From positions 69,354 to 133,353 of the forward strand of contig CAWADB010000012.1 in NCBI GenBank assembly GCA_963780735.1: 64,000 nt of DNA, given 5' to 3'. The notes below the pieces were generated by a model. The model had not been told where the DNA came from and did not search any database. It worked only from the letters and a program-made list of their open reading frames with translations. Positions 28,996-38,672 of this stretch are shown in pieces. The DNA is from an uncultured Bacteroidales bacterium (GTDB lineage: Bacteria; Bacteroidota; Bacteroidia; Bacteroidales; VadinHA17). A program made the position numbers and the translations under genes. Numbering within the stretch: position 1 is the first letter of the stretch; every line of letters starts with the position of its first letter.

Positions 28996-29715
28996 ATGAG
29001 ACTTCTTCTTATAAGTAACTCTACAAATTCCGGGGAGGCGTATCTTGACTATCCCAAGAACAACATCAGGGAGTTTCTCGGCAACAAAAAGACAGAGGCG
29101 CTATTCATTCCCTATGCTGCCGTGACCTTTTCCTATGATGATTATGAGGAGAAGGTAAGAACACGCTTCAGGGAGGTGGGTCATGACGTGGTGTCGATAC
29201 ATCACTTCTCCGATCCGGTAAAGGCTGTCATGGAAGCATCTGCAATAGTTGTCGGCGGCGGCAACACGTGGATGCTGCTCAAGTGCCTCAGAGACAACAA
29301 GCTGATAGCTCCTGTCCGGAAGAAAGTCATTGCCGGAACACCATATATTGGATGGAGTGCAGGGTCAAACGTGGTCTGTCCGACAATCATGACCACCAAC
29401 GATATGCCCGTGACGTCGCCGTCATCATTCAGGGCTTTCAGTCTTATCCCCTTCCAGATCAATCCTCACTACCTCGATGCCAATCCTGCCGGTCATGCAG
29501 GAGAAACACGTGAACAGCGGATCCTCGAATTCATTGAAGTAAACAGGGATATTTTCGTGGCAGGGCTGCGCGAGGGAACAATGTTCCTCCTTGAAGGCAG
29601 GAAGCTATCGCTCATAGGCCCTCGTAATGCACGGGTGTTCAGTTACGGAACCGATGCCAGGGAGCTGATGCCGGGCCAGGATCTCTCGTTCCTCCTGAAG
29701 AAAAGAAAAAAATAA
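28996..29715 (+). CDS. pepE: Dipeptidase E (peptidase S51)
   Basis: 'LLLISNSTNSG' and 'VVGGGNTWMLL' are present. I prefer the start MRLLLISN because the track extension overlaps the terminator. Confidence 0.85.
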   Translation: MRLLLISNSTNSGEAYLDYPKNNIREFLGNKKTEALFIPYAAVTFSYDDYEEKVRTRFREVGHDVVSIHHFSDPVKAVMEASAIVVGGGNTWMLLKCLRDNKLIAPVRKKVIAGTPYIGWSAGSNVVCPTIMTTNDMPVTSPSSFRAFSLIPFQINPHYLDANPAGHAGETREQRILEFIEVNRDIFVAGLREGTMFLLEGRKLSLIGPRNARVFSYGTDARELMPGQDLSFLLKKRKK

Positions 29716-29736
29716 CAACGTCAGGGAACCGGCTGA

Positions 29737-32346
29737 ATGAGATGGCTGAAAAAGATAGCGCTGATAACAGCAGGCCTGTTTTTACTGACCGTGACCGGCC
29801 TTGGCCTGTATGCATGGATCAGAAATGACAAGCTGACTGCCGCCCTCGTCCGCAAGGTTAATGAATCCGTCAATACCAAGATATCATACGGCACACTCAG
29901 GCTGACAATATTCGAGTCATTCCCGAATATAACCCTCAGGTTTAATGATCTCCTTGTAACGCCATCGCCATATTACGACAAGACGCAATTCAGGGGTGAG
30001 GATAACGATACGCTTCTTTCCGCTTCTTCCCTTTCCGTGACAGCATCCCTTCTCCAGATGCTTACAGGCACGGTGGCAGTGCGCTCAATAACGGTCAGGG
30101 AGGGGAAGATAAACCTGCTTACGGATAAGAGAGGGGACATAAACTACCAGGCTTTTAGTGGCGGAGATAAAAAGAAAAAAAACAAAAACGTAAGGCTTAA
30201 TAACATCAGCGCCCTGAACATGAAAACGGTCTGGTACGACAGGAGCTCCGGACTCAGGATATCAGGCAGGATAAATGAAGCCACCCTCGATGGGGATATT
30301 TTCAGGGCGGGGATCTTTCTGAACACGACTGTCAGCGTGGATCTTGACTCCGTTAATTTTGGCGATATGAGCATCTCCGGTTTCCCGGTGAATGCATCGG
30401 TCAAAATGCGCAAGACGGCCAACTCGCTGTCTGTGGCAAAAGGAACAATCGATCTGGCCGGCCTGAATTTCGGGGTTGACGGAATGGTAAACTATTCGAT
30501 GTCTACCCTTGATCTGGCTGTTGAGGGAAAGAAGATCAATATCGGATCACTTGTCTCTATGCTGCCTGCAAAATGGATATCCCATACCGGGGGTCTGAGT
30601 CCTTCCGGGATAATGGATTTCAGATGTACACTCAAGGGACCGTACGGAGAAGCCGGCAAGCCTCATATTGAACTTAATTATGCCCTTACTGACGGTCGGG
30701 TCAGTTCGCAGAGAAGCGGACTTAAAGTGAATAACCTCTCATTCAGCGGAGGGCTCACCAACGGGGCACTCAACAGTCCGGAGACCTTCCTCTTCACCGT
30801 TGACAATATGAACGCCACCTACGGTTCGGCAAAACTGAAAGGGTCTTTCAGGCTGAGCAGTCTGACCAAGCCGCACGTCACCCTGGCCCTTGACGGAGAT
30901 CTTAACTTCGATGATCTGCGCAAGATCATGAAAACAGACTATATCCGCGATCAGAAAGGATCAATCAGCGGTCACATAAAACTGTCGGGCCAGCTCCCTG
31001 ACAGCATGAAGCTTGATATGGCAGCGTTGCCCTCACTTCATCCGGATGCATCATTTGTGTTCAGCGATTTCGGAGCTACCATCGCTTCGTCGGGCATAGT
31101 CCTGACAGATGCAAACGGCTCGCTGATCATCAACAGGGATTTTATTGCCGACAGCCTCTCTTTCACGCTGATGGATCAGCATTTCCGGGTAAATGCAGTG
31201 ATGCGTAATTTTACAGGATGGGCATCCGGCGGACCCGAAATCATGGTTGTTACAGGAGATGTAGCAGCTGACAGATTTGTAACAGCCTCTTTCACCGGAA
31301 GTGAGAATGACAGTACGGCAGGTGCCGGCAAGCGGCTTAACATCTTTCCGGCAGACGTCAACATGAAAATCACTCTCACGGCTGACAGTATCATCAGCCA
31401 GGGATTCCGCGCAGCTAACTTCAGAACATCTCTTGCATATGAGCCCTTTATGTTCACTTTCAGTGACATCAGGGCTGAAGGACTTGACGGTCTGCTTACG
31501 GGCGAGTTCAGGCTGGGCAGGCAAAAAGACGGAGTGTATATCACCAGATCAAAGCTCGATGTGACCGGCATTGATATCAATAAGACATTCTCTTCATTCA
31601 ACAATTTCGGCCAGGATTTTATCGTGAGCGACAATCTCTTCGGGAACCTGACAGGCACAGTCACCGTGCTTGCCCCGCTCGACAGCAATTATAATATCAT
31701 CACAAAGGACCTTGTTTCAGATGCGCATCTGGTAATCACTGACGGCAGGCTTGTGCACTTTGCCCTGGCCGAGAGTCTCTCAACATATCTTGACCTCGAC
31801 GAGCTGAGGGATATCAGTTTTTCAAGAATGGAGAACGATGTCTTCATCACCAACCGCACGGTGTCAATACCAAAGATGCTGATCAACTCAACTGCAGTCA
31901 ACTTCACATTGTACGGGACTCACAACTTCGACGAGGATTACTCTTATCATGCAAGGCTGCTGCTGTCAGAGGTTCTGAGCAGGAAAGCAAGGGACCGCAA
32001 CCGCAGTGATGACGTTTTCGGTCAGGTGCAGGTCGACGGCGCCGGTAAAGCTACCATACCTCTGAAGATAGAATGTACCAACGGCATAGTAGATGTTGGC
32101 TATGACTTCGGGCAGGCGAAGGATAATATCAAAGAGGATATCGCGACTGAAAAACAGACACTGAAAGGGATACTGAACGAGGAGTATGGCTGGTATCAGG
32201 CAGATACGCTGAAAAAGAAGCCCGTCGAGAGCAAGCCAAAATTCAAAATAACATGGGAAGAGGGCAAGGAGCCTGCTGCACAGACAGAGGTAAAGCAGGA
32301 AGAAGTGACGGAAAGCCCTCTCCGGAAGTTGCTGAAAAAGAAATAG
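29737..32346 (+). CDS. AsmA-family outer-membrane biogenesis protein
   Basis: 869 aa. A single N-terminal TM anchor is followed by a long beta-rich periplasmic domain and a Lys-rich tail. The family call is by recognition. Confidence 0.7.
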   Translation: MRWLKKIALITAGLFLLTVTGLGLYAWIRNDKLTAALVRKVNESVNTKISYGTLRLTIFESFPNITLRFNDLLVTPSPYYDKTQFRGEDNDTLLSASSLSVTASLLQMLTGTVAVRSITVREGKINLLTDKRGDINYQAFSGGDKKKKNKNVRLNNISALNMKTVWYDRSSGLRISGRINEATLDGDIFRAGIFLNTTVSVDLDSVNFGDMSISGFPVNASVKMRKTANSLSVAKGTIDLAGLNFGVDGMVNYSMSTLDLAVEGKKINIGSLVSMLPAKWISHTGGLSPSGIMDFRCTLKGPYGEAGKPHIELNYALTDGRVSSQRSGLKVNNLSFSGGLTNGALNSPETFLFTVDNMNATYGSAKLKGSFRLSSLTKPHVTLALDGDLNFDDLRKIMKTDYIRDQKGSISGHIKLSGQLPDSMKLDMAALPSLHPDASFVFSDFGATIASSGIVLTDANGSLIINRDFIADSLSFTLMDQHFRVNAVMRNFTGWASGGPEIMVVTGDVAADRFVTASFTGSENDSTAGAGKRLNIFPADVNMKITLTADSIISQGFRAANFRTSLAYEPFMFTFSDIRAEGLDGLLTGEFRLGRQKDGVYITRSKLDVTGIDINKTFSSFNNFGQDFIVSDNLFGNLTGTVTVLAPLDSNYNIITKDLVSDAHLVITDGRLVHFALAESLSTYLDLDELRDISFSRMENDVFITNRTVSIPKMLINSTAVNFTLYGTHNFDEDYSYHARLLLSEVLSRKARDRNRSDDVFGQVQVDGAGKATIPLKIECTNGIVDVGYDFGQAKDNIKEDIATEKQTLKGILNEEYGWYQADTLKKKPVESKPKFKITWEEGKEPAAQTEVKQEEVTESPLRKLLKKK

Positions 32347-32352
32347 TAATAC

Positions 32353-33510
32353 ATGAATATCTACCGTAAAAAACTGGTCTGGCAGGTCCTGCTGTTAATC
32401 TTCGCGGTTGTCATCGGATTCGGATCATTGCTCTACACCCGTGACCTGGTAGGCAAGCTGAAGGAGGAAGAGAGGAAGAAGGTGGAGCTGTGGGCCGAGG
32501 CAACAAGGAGGCTGGTGGGACTTTCGGGCAGTCCTGATGACTTTGACTTCCTTTTCCGGATAATTGAAGACAACACCACCGTCCCTGTCATACTGATTGA
32601 TTCCCGGCAGAATATCATCTCTCAGAGGAATATCCCGGCGGGTATTGCTTCAGACACCACATCCCTTAAGCGCGAACTGAAGCGGATGGATAAGCGTAAT
32701 GAGCCGATTATTGTAGACCTTGGCAACGGCATTGTTAATTATATCTACTACCGTGAGAGCACGCTTCTGCGGCAACTCAGAATATATCCCTATGTTCAGC
32801 TTGGCGTGATCCTGCTGTTCATCGCGATAGCATATATTGCCTTCAACTCATCACGCTCTGCCGAGCAGAACCAGGTTTGGCTGGGGCTGTCGCGGGAGAC
32901 GGCTCATCAGCTTGGCACGCCGACCTCATCGCTGTCAGCATGGGCGGAGATTATCCGCAGCAGATATCCGGGCACAGATATCGCGGAGGAGCTTTCTGTC
33001 GATGTTGAAAGGCTCGGCAGTGTTGTCGAGCGGTTTTCCCTGATAGGTTCAAAGCCGAAGCTGTTGCCGGGTGATCTGCCGGCACTCGCTGAAAAGACAG
33101 TTACATACATGCATAAACGGATAGCATCAACCGTCGATCTTAATATAGCCAACGAAACCACCGGATGTACAAGTGTGCCACTCAATCCTGTCCTCCTCGG
33201 ATGGGTAATTGAGAACCTTGTGAAGAACTCCATTGATGCAATGAAAGGCGCCGGCAGCATAACTGTCAGACTTTCCGAAAATGACCAGGAGGCTATAATT
33301 GACGTGGAAGACACCGGCAAGGGCATACCAAGGAAAGATTTCAAGACCATTTTCAAACCGGGCTATTCAACGCGTGAACGGGGATGGGGTCTGGGGCTGT
33401 CACTCTCAAAGAGGATCGTCGAGGAGTATCACAGGGGGAGGATATACGTGCTTCATTCTGAACCGGGCAAGGGAAGCTGCATGAGAGTGATATTACAAAA
33501 GAAAAAGTAA
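32353..33510 (+). CDS. Membrane sensor histidine kinase
   Basis: Two TM segments, H-box 'ETAHQLGTPTSSL', and the HATPase boxes 'NLVKNSIDA', 'DTGKGI' and 'GWGLGLSLSKRIV'. Confidence 0.87.
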   Translation: MNIYRKKLVWQVLLLIFAVVIGFGSLLYTRDLVGKLKEEERKKVELWAEATRRLVGLSGSPDDFDFLFRIIEDNTTVPVILIDSRQNIISQRNIPAGIASDTTSLKRELKRMDKRNEPIIVDLGNGIVNYIYYRESTLLRQLRIYPYVQLGVILLFIAIAYIAFNSSRSAEQNQVWLGLSRETAHQLGTPTSSLSAWAEIIRSRYPGTDIAEELSVDVERLGSVVERFSLIGSKPKLLPGDLPALAEKTVTYMHKRIASTVDLNIANETTGCTSVPLNPVLLGWVIENLVKNSIDAMKGAGSITVRLSENDQEAIIDVEDTGKGIPRKDFKTIFKPGYSTRERGWGLGLSLSKRIVEEYHRGRIYVLHSEPGKGSCMRVILQKKK

Positions 33511-33525
33511 AAGTCCGGGACCCTC

Positions 33526-34785
33526 ATGAAGAGAAAAGACATAGAAATTATGGCGCCGGCAGGGTCATGGGAATCTCTTCGCGCAGCCATACAGGGGGGG
33601 GCAGACTCAGTCTATTTCGGCATCGGAGAACTCAACATGCGGGCCCGGTCGTCTGATAATTTCACAGCGGAGGAGCTCCCGGCAATCACTGAAATATGCC
33701 GCGAGAACGGAATAAAGAGCTACCTAACGCTGAACATTGTTTTATTCGACGATGAGACGGACACCGTGCGTGAAGTGCTCTCTGCTGCAAAAAAAGCAGG
33801 TGTCAGCGCCGTTATTGCCACCGACCAGGCAGCTATCATGGCGGCCAGGGAAGCAGGACTGGAGGTGCATCTCTCCACCCAGCTCAATATCTCAAACAGC
33901 GGGGCACTGAAATTTTATTCGCAGTGGGCTGACGTGGCCGTTTTGTCGCGCGAACTCAATCTTAATCAGGTAAGAAATATCTACGACACAATTGTCCGTG
34001 ATGATATAAGGGGCCCTGGAGGGGAGCCCGTCAGGCTTGAGATGTTCATACACGGTGCCCTGTGCATGTCGATATCGGGAAAATGTTACCTGAGCCTGCA
34101 TGAGTCCGATGCATCAGCCAACAGGGGCAACTGCTACCAGATATGCCGGCGGACCTATATTGTCACTGACAAGGAGACGGGAGGTGAACTAGAGATTGAC
34201 AATGAGTTCATCATGTCGCCGAAGGATCTCTGCACCATCGGCTTCCTTGACCAGATAATCGATGCCGGCGCCCGGGTGCTTAAAATCGAAGGAAGAGCCC
34301 GGTCAGCCGAGTACGTCAGAACAGTCTCGGAGTGCTACAGCGAGGCTGTCGAAGCAGTGGTAAGCGGCACCTTCGGAAAGGAAAAGGTTGAAGGATGGAT
34401 GACTCGTCTCTCCACAGTCTTCAACAGGGGATTCTGGGATGGATACTACCTTGGACAAAAACTGGGAGAGTGGACCACTACCTACGGTTCCGCTGCGACA
34501 AAAAGAAAAATTTACATTGGAAAGGTCACCAACTGGTTCAGCAGGCTGAGTGTTGCGGAAATAAAGCTTGAGGCAGGTGCCCTCAGCAGGGGTGATACAA
34601 TACTTATTACCGGGCCCACAACCGGGATTATTGAGCATAAAGTCACCGAGTTAAGGGACGACGCCACCAACCCGGCAGAGGAAGTCCGCAAGGGCACTCT
34701 CTGCTCCGTTCATCTGCCGGTTCAGGTAAGACGCTCCGATAAGGTTTTCAGGTGGGTCGATGCCTCAATCCTGAAGAGAGGGTGA
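33526..34785 (+). CDS. Peptidase U32 family protein (Fe-S type)
   Basis: 419 aa. It begins 'EIMAPAGSWESLRAAIQGGADSVYFG'. Four Cys are arranged CX6CX15CX3C at residues 180-207. Confidence 0.9.
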   Translation: MKRKDIEIMAPAGSWESLRAAIQGGADSVYFGIGELNMRARSSDNFTAEELPAITEICRENGIKSYLTLNIVLFDDETDTVREVLSAAKKAGVSAVIATDQAAIMAAREAGLEVHLSTQLNISNSGALKFYSQWADVAVLSRELNLNQVRNIYDTIVRDDIRGPGGEPVRLEMFIHGALCMSISGKCYLSLHESDASANRGNCYQICRRTYIVTDKETGGELEIDNEFIMSPKDLCTIGFLDQIIDAGARVLKIEGRARSAEYVRTVSECYSEAVEAVVSGTFGKEKVEGWMTRLSTVFNRGFWDGYYLGQKLGEWTTTYGSAATKRKIYIGKVTNWFSRLSVAEIKLEAGALSRGDTILITGPTTGIIEHKVTELRDDATNPAEEVRKGTLCSVHLPVQVRRSDKVFRWVDASILKRG

Positions 34786-34786
34786 A

Positions 34787-35851
34787 TTATGCCAGGCTTC
34801 TGGCAGCCTCGCGCACTCTGGCGGCATTTACGGCCACATCATCAGTGTCAGTTTCAAGAAAGATCACCGGCCTGGCCTGAGGCTTTGAAAGGGCATAATA
34901 ATACGACTTGTCATAATACTCGAGTGTAATCCTGATTGCCGTTGCGAAATCACCGTTCCGGATTGCCTCAACAGCCTCCCTGGTTCTGTCTCCTCCCAGC
35001 CGTTTGGATATTTTCATGACGGAAGCGACAGTCTGCTCAGGCGGAAAAGAGGCATATTCGCGGAGCAGCCTGGGCATCCGTGTTTCAATGCTCATCATAA
35101 GAGCAATAACGGGGGCTGATTGCATCATGTCATAGAAACTGTCGGGCATGAAGACAGTGCCTATATTGCGGCTTTCATCCTCAAGCCAGACCGGGTCTTC
35201 TTCTTTTTTTTCGCTCAGGTCGCTGTAAAGCAGATTGGCAAAGTGTTCCGATGAGGGCTGCGGTTGCTGTCCCAGGGCACCGAATGCCGAACCCTTATGT
35301 GAAGCCAGTCCCTCCAAGTCTGTGACCTGCGTACCCGATGACATCATATACTTGAGAATATGCGTCTTACCACTCCCGGTCAGGCCTCCCAGGATAATAA
35401 AATTTCTTTTTCTTCCAAGGTCGGCCAGAATATGATTACGGTAGGCTTTATAGCCTCCTCCGAGCAGCAGCGGAGTCAATCCGCCCATTGAGAACAGCCA
35501 TGCCATTGCCTCTGAGCGCATGCCTCCTCTCCAGCAGTATGTCAGAATGGATTTCTCCGGAGCAAGCGCCACGGCGCTCTTAAGCTTATCCGACATTTCA
35601 GGGGCTGCAAGGTCAATGCCGAGAAGGACAGCTTTAAGGTTGCCTTCTTTCTTGTAAACGGTACCCACTTCCGCCCGCTGGCTGTCACTGAAGAGAGGGA
35701 TGTTCACAGCGCCGGGTATATGTCCGTATGCATATTCACCCGGAGATCTGACGTCAACAACAGGCAGGGACCCACTCAGATCTAGAAACCTTTGTGGCGG
35801 CAGTTTTTTTACATCACCGGGCATGTCACTGTTGCTTGTGATACCTGGCAA
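34787..35851 (-). CDS. selU: tRNA 2-selenouridine synthase (MnmH/SelU)
   Basis: A rhodanese domain carries 'CWRGGMRS', followed by the P-loop 'GLTGSGKT'. An alternative start at 35824 would remove the overlap with the upstream kinase gene. Confidence 0.85.
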   Translation of the reverse strand: MPGITSNSDMPGDVKKLPPQRFLDLSGSLPVVDVRSPGEYAYGHIPGAVNIPLFSDSQRAEVGTVYKKEGNLKAVLLGIDLAAPEMSDKLKSAVALAPEKSILTYCWRGGMRSEAMAWLFSMGGLTPLLLGGGYKAYRNHILADLGRKRNFIILGGLTGSGKTHILKYMMSSGTQVTDLEGLASHKGSAFGALGQQPQPSSEHFANLLYSDLSEKKEEDPVWLEDESRNIGTVFMPDSFYDMMQSAPVIALMMSIETRMPRLLREYASFPPEQTVASVMKISKRLGGDRTREAVEAIRNGDFATAIRITLEYYDKSYYYALSKPQARPVIFLETDTDDVAVNAARVREAARSLA

Positions 35852-38642
35852 TCACCCTTCTGAGGTCTTCAACTGTAACGGGCTTTGACAACAGCTCTTT
35901 CATTCCGGTCTGTTCGGCCCTGACTCTGGTCTCGGGCATGTTGTCGGCAGAAAGGGCAACTATTATTGTGTTTTTGTCGAACTCCAGGATGACCCTGGCC
36001 GCTTCAAAACCGTCTATCTCAGGCATTATGAGGTCCATCAGGATCAGGTCATAAGGTTTTTCCTTCGCCATAGTAATGGCTTCCGTTGCGCCGGAGGCGT
36101 ATTCGGCAGTTACTCCCAGAACCTTGAGCAACGAACCTACCACTTTCCTGTTCAGATAGTTGTCATCAACAACGAGAATGACCGGCAGTGCGGATTTTTC
36201 GGGGACAAGGTTGCCCTTTTCGCTCCTGAGTGACGGAAAATGTTCTTTCAGCACGGCAAACAGGTCCTCTCCGGCAAACGGTTTGACAAGCAGATGGTCA
36301 ATGCCCATGTCAACGCACCGTGAAAAGTGCCCTTTCGGGTCTTTCGATGTAAACATCAGCACTATATGTTCGCTTGTCATGCCTGAATCGAGGAGTGTTT
36401 TTGCAGCCTCAAAGCCGTCGGTGTCAGGTTCATCAAAGATGATCAGGAGCATGTATCTGTCATGCGCGTTCTGCAGATTTGCCTTTATCTGCGATACAGT
36501 ATGCTTCTGGAAGCTTGTGACAGAAACAGGAAGTCCGAGACGGTGTATCACGCCAAGGAAATCGTCATCGCGGCCCTGTGAGCCTGTGATCACCAGGGTG
36601 CGTATTTCGCTCAGCTCACTGTAACCAGTCAGGTCTATGTTTTTAGCGATCTTTTCATTCAGGTGAACACTGATGGTGAAAGAGACCTTCAGCCCTCTCT
36701 CCCTGCCTGAAGAGTCTTTGCCGGCAGGACTCTCTGCCGTCAGTTCTCCACCCATAAGTTCGGTCAGCTGCCTTGCAAGGATAGGACCAAGTCTCAGATC
36801 TTCAGCCCATTCAGACCTCTCGCTCAGGTTGGTAATATAATCGCCGAACAGTTTTTTAATCTCGGCCCTGGTGTAATTGTTTCCGGTGTCGGTGACGGTG
36901 AAGCCCAGAACGAACAGATTACCCTCCGACCGGCTGACACGGCATTCAAGACTGATCTCGCCTGTCTGCGTTCCGGCAAGGGAGTTATACAGCAGGTTCG
37001 TAATTACCTGCCTCAGCCTGTAGGGATCACCGATAAGGTTGTCAGGCACAGCGTCATCGACCTTTGATATTATTTTGACCAGAGTTTCCGGATTCTCCCG
37101 TTTGACAAGGTTGACACAATAGGTTATCTCCTGCCTGAGTTTGAACGGCACCTCATCGAGGATCATCTTACCGGTCTCAACTTTTGAGACATCGAAAATA
37201 TCGTTGATGATTGTCAGCAGAAGATCAGCTGAGCGCCTGAGCAGCCTTGCAACTTCTTTGGACTGCTCCGGCAGTTCTGATCTGTTAAGCATCTCCGTCA
37301 TGCCGATAATACCGTTCAGGGGCGTACGTATCTCAAAACTCATACGTGCCAGGAGTTCCGATTTGGCGATGTTGGCATCTGCCTCCTGCTTACGTGCCGA
37401 TTCAAGGGTTGTAACGTCAATCAGTACCTCCAGGGTTGATTTGTCTCCCCTGAAGTCAACCGGGATGCTGTTCAGAAAGACCAGGCGGTCACCGCTCTGG
37501 CCGGGTAGTCTTATTATCCTTCCCTGTCCCGGCTGCCCGTCCAGGTCGCTTTCATAGTCATTACGTGACATGTCTGGCACTAGCTTGCCGGTCATTTCAT
37601 CCTCGGTAGCGTATGAAAATAGTGTCGCTGCATGCTTGTTTGCTTTCTGAATCTCCCTGTTGCTGTTATAAACAAGCAACCCCACGGGCATCTGTTCAAT
37701 AATTGATAAAAGTGTCGATTCCGAATCGCTTGTCGCGTCGAACTGTTTATGCTTCTTTCGGAGATGTCCCTGGAAAAGCCAGATTATGAAAAGGATGGCG
37801 GTCATCAGCAACAGGAGCATGATGATTGCATTCCGGAAGATGTACTTCTGGAAGAAGTCTGTTGGGGCAGAGAACACCAGTCCGAAATCGAGCCCGAACA
37901 TGTTGATCGGGTAAAAAGCAGAAATTATTTCGTTGGACTTTCCCTCCGTCTCCATCCTGTGGGCGATCCACCCTGCTGTACCTGCGTCAAGCTGCCCCTG
38001 TATTTTTCTTAGCTCAGAATAAGCAACCTCTCCCCCGTGATTGTCATAGACTATCATCCCGGTGTCATTTACCATCCATTGCCACTGGTATTGCTCAAGA
38101 TTATATTTTGCAAAGACCCGTGAAAAGTACCGGTTGAAGTCTATTGTGGCGACAAGGTTTCCAAGTACCTGGCCATCCTTGAGCACCGGGAGATAATATT
38201 TGTACTTGTCGCGATCGGGCTCAAGCTTTTCCACTTTGTAGATAGCGGGGATATTCTGTGCCCTGTATGAACCGTCGAGCCATGAATTCCTCTCCTCATC
38301 CTTGAAGATTGTATAAACATCGCCGGAATTATTGTACAGCATCAGGCCGACAATAATATCCTCGTATTTTGAATAATAAAGCTTGATCTTCTCCTTCGCG
38401 CGTTCATTCACTTCGCGGTCTGTAAAGAAGAGAGCCATGTCCTCCGAAAAGTCGATCTCGGTAAGGTCACTCACAATATACATGCTGGTATTGTCAATAT
38501 CAGACCCTATTACCTTGACCTGCCTGTCGAGGAACTTGACGGAATACTCAATCTGGTTCCTGTAGAGGTTGCGGAAGAATAACACATTGCCCAGCATTAT
38601 CAGCAGAAAAACTGAATATGCAATTATGTTGATCTTTTTCAT
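35826..38642 (-). CDS. Hybrid sensor histidine kinase / response regulator
   Basis: 938 aa. Domain order is periplasmic sensor, TM, PAS-like, H-box 'SFEIRTPLNGIIGMTEML', HATPase, an atypical receiver-like domain, then a canonical receiver 'DLILMDLIMPEIDG'. Confidence 0.9.
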   Translation of the reverse strand: MKKINIIAYSVFLLIMLGNVLFFRNLYRNQIEYSVKFLDRQVKVIGSDIDNTSMYIVSDLTEIDFSEDMALFFTDREVNERAKEKIKLYYSKYEDIIVGLMLYNNSGDVYTIFKDEERNSWLDGSYRAQNIPAIYKVEKLEPDRDKYKYYLPVLKDGQVLGNLVATIDFNRYFSRVFAKYNLEQYQWQWMVNDTGMIVYDNHGGEVAYSELRKIQGQLDAGTAGWIAHRMETEGKSNEIISAFYPINMFGLDFGLVFSAPTDFFQKYIFRNAIIMLLLLMTAILFIIWLFQGHLRKKHKQFDATSDSESTLLSIIEQMPVGLLVYNSNREIQKANKHAATLFSYATEDEMTGKLVPDMSRNDYESDLDGQPGQGRIIRLPGQSGDRLVFLNSIPVDFRGDKSTLEVLIDVTTLESARKQEADANIAKSELLARMSFEIRTPLNGIIGMTEMLNRSELPEQSKEVARLLRRSADLLLTIINDIFDVSKVETGKMILDEVPFKLRQEITYCVNLVKRENPETLVKIISKVDDAVPDNLIGDPYRLRQVITNLLYNSLAGTQTGEISLECRVSRSEGNLFVLGFTVTDTGNNYTRAEIKKLFGDYITNLSERSEWAEDLRLGPILARQLTELMGGELTAESPAGKDSSGRERGLKVSFTISVHLNEKIAKNIDLTGYSELSEIRTLVITGSQGRDDDFLGVIHRLGLPVSVTSFQKHTVSQIKANLQNAHDRYMLLIIFDEPDTDGFEAAKTLLDSGMTSEHIVLMFTSKDPKGHFSRCVDMGIDHLLVKPFAGEDLFAVLKEHFPSLRSEKGNLVPEKSALPVILVVDDNYLNRKVVGSLLKVLGVTAEYASGATEAITMAKEKPYDLILMDLIMPEIDGFEAARVILEFDKNTIIVALSADNMPETRVRAEQTGMKELLSKPVTVEDLRRVIARYHKQQ

Positions 38643-38672
38643 CGGGGCTGATTTATGTTGTAAAAATAAGGA

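Noticed and set aside
31051-31688. Two overlapping minus-strand ORFs (157 and 170 aa) inside the AsmA-family gene
   Set aside because: They are mutually overlapping, lie antisense to an 869-aa uninterrupted ORF with a clear N-terminal anchor, and have no motifs.
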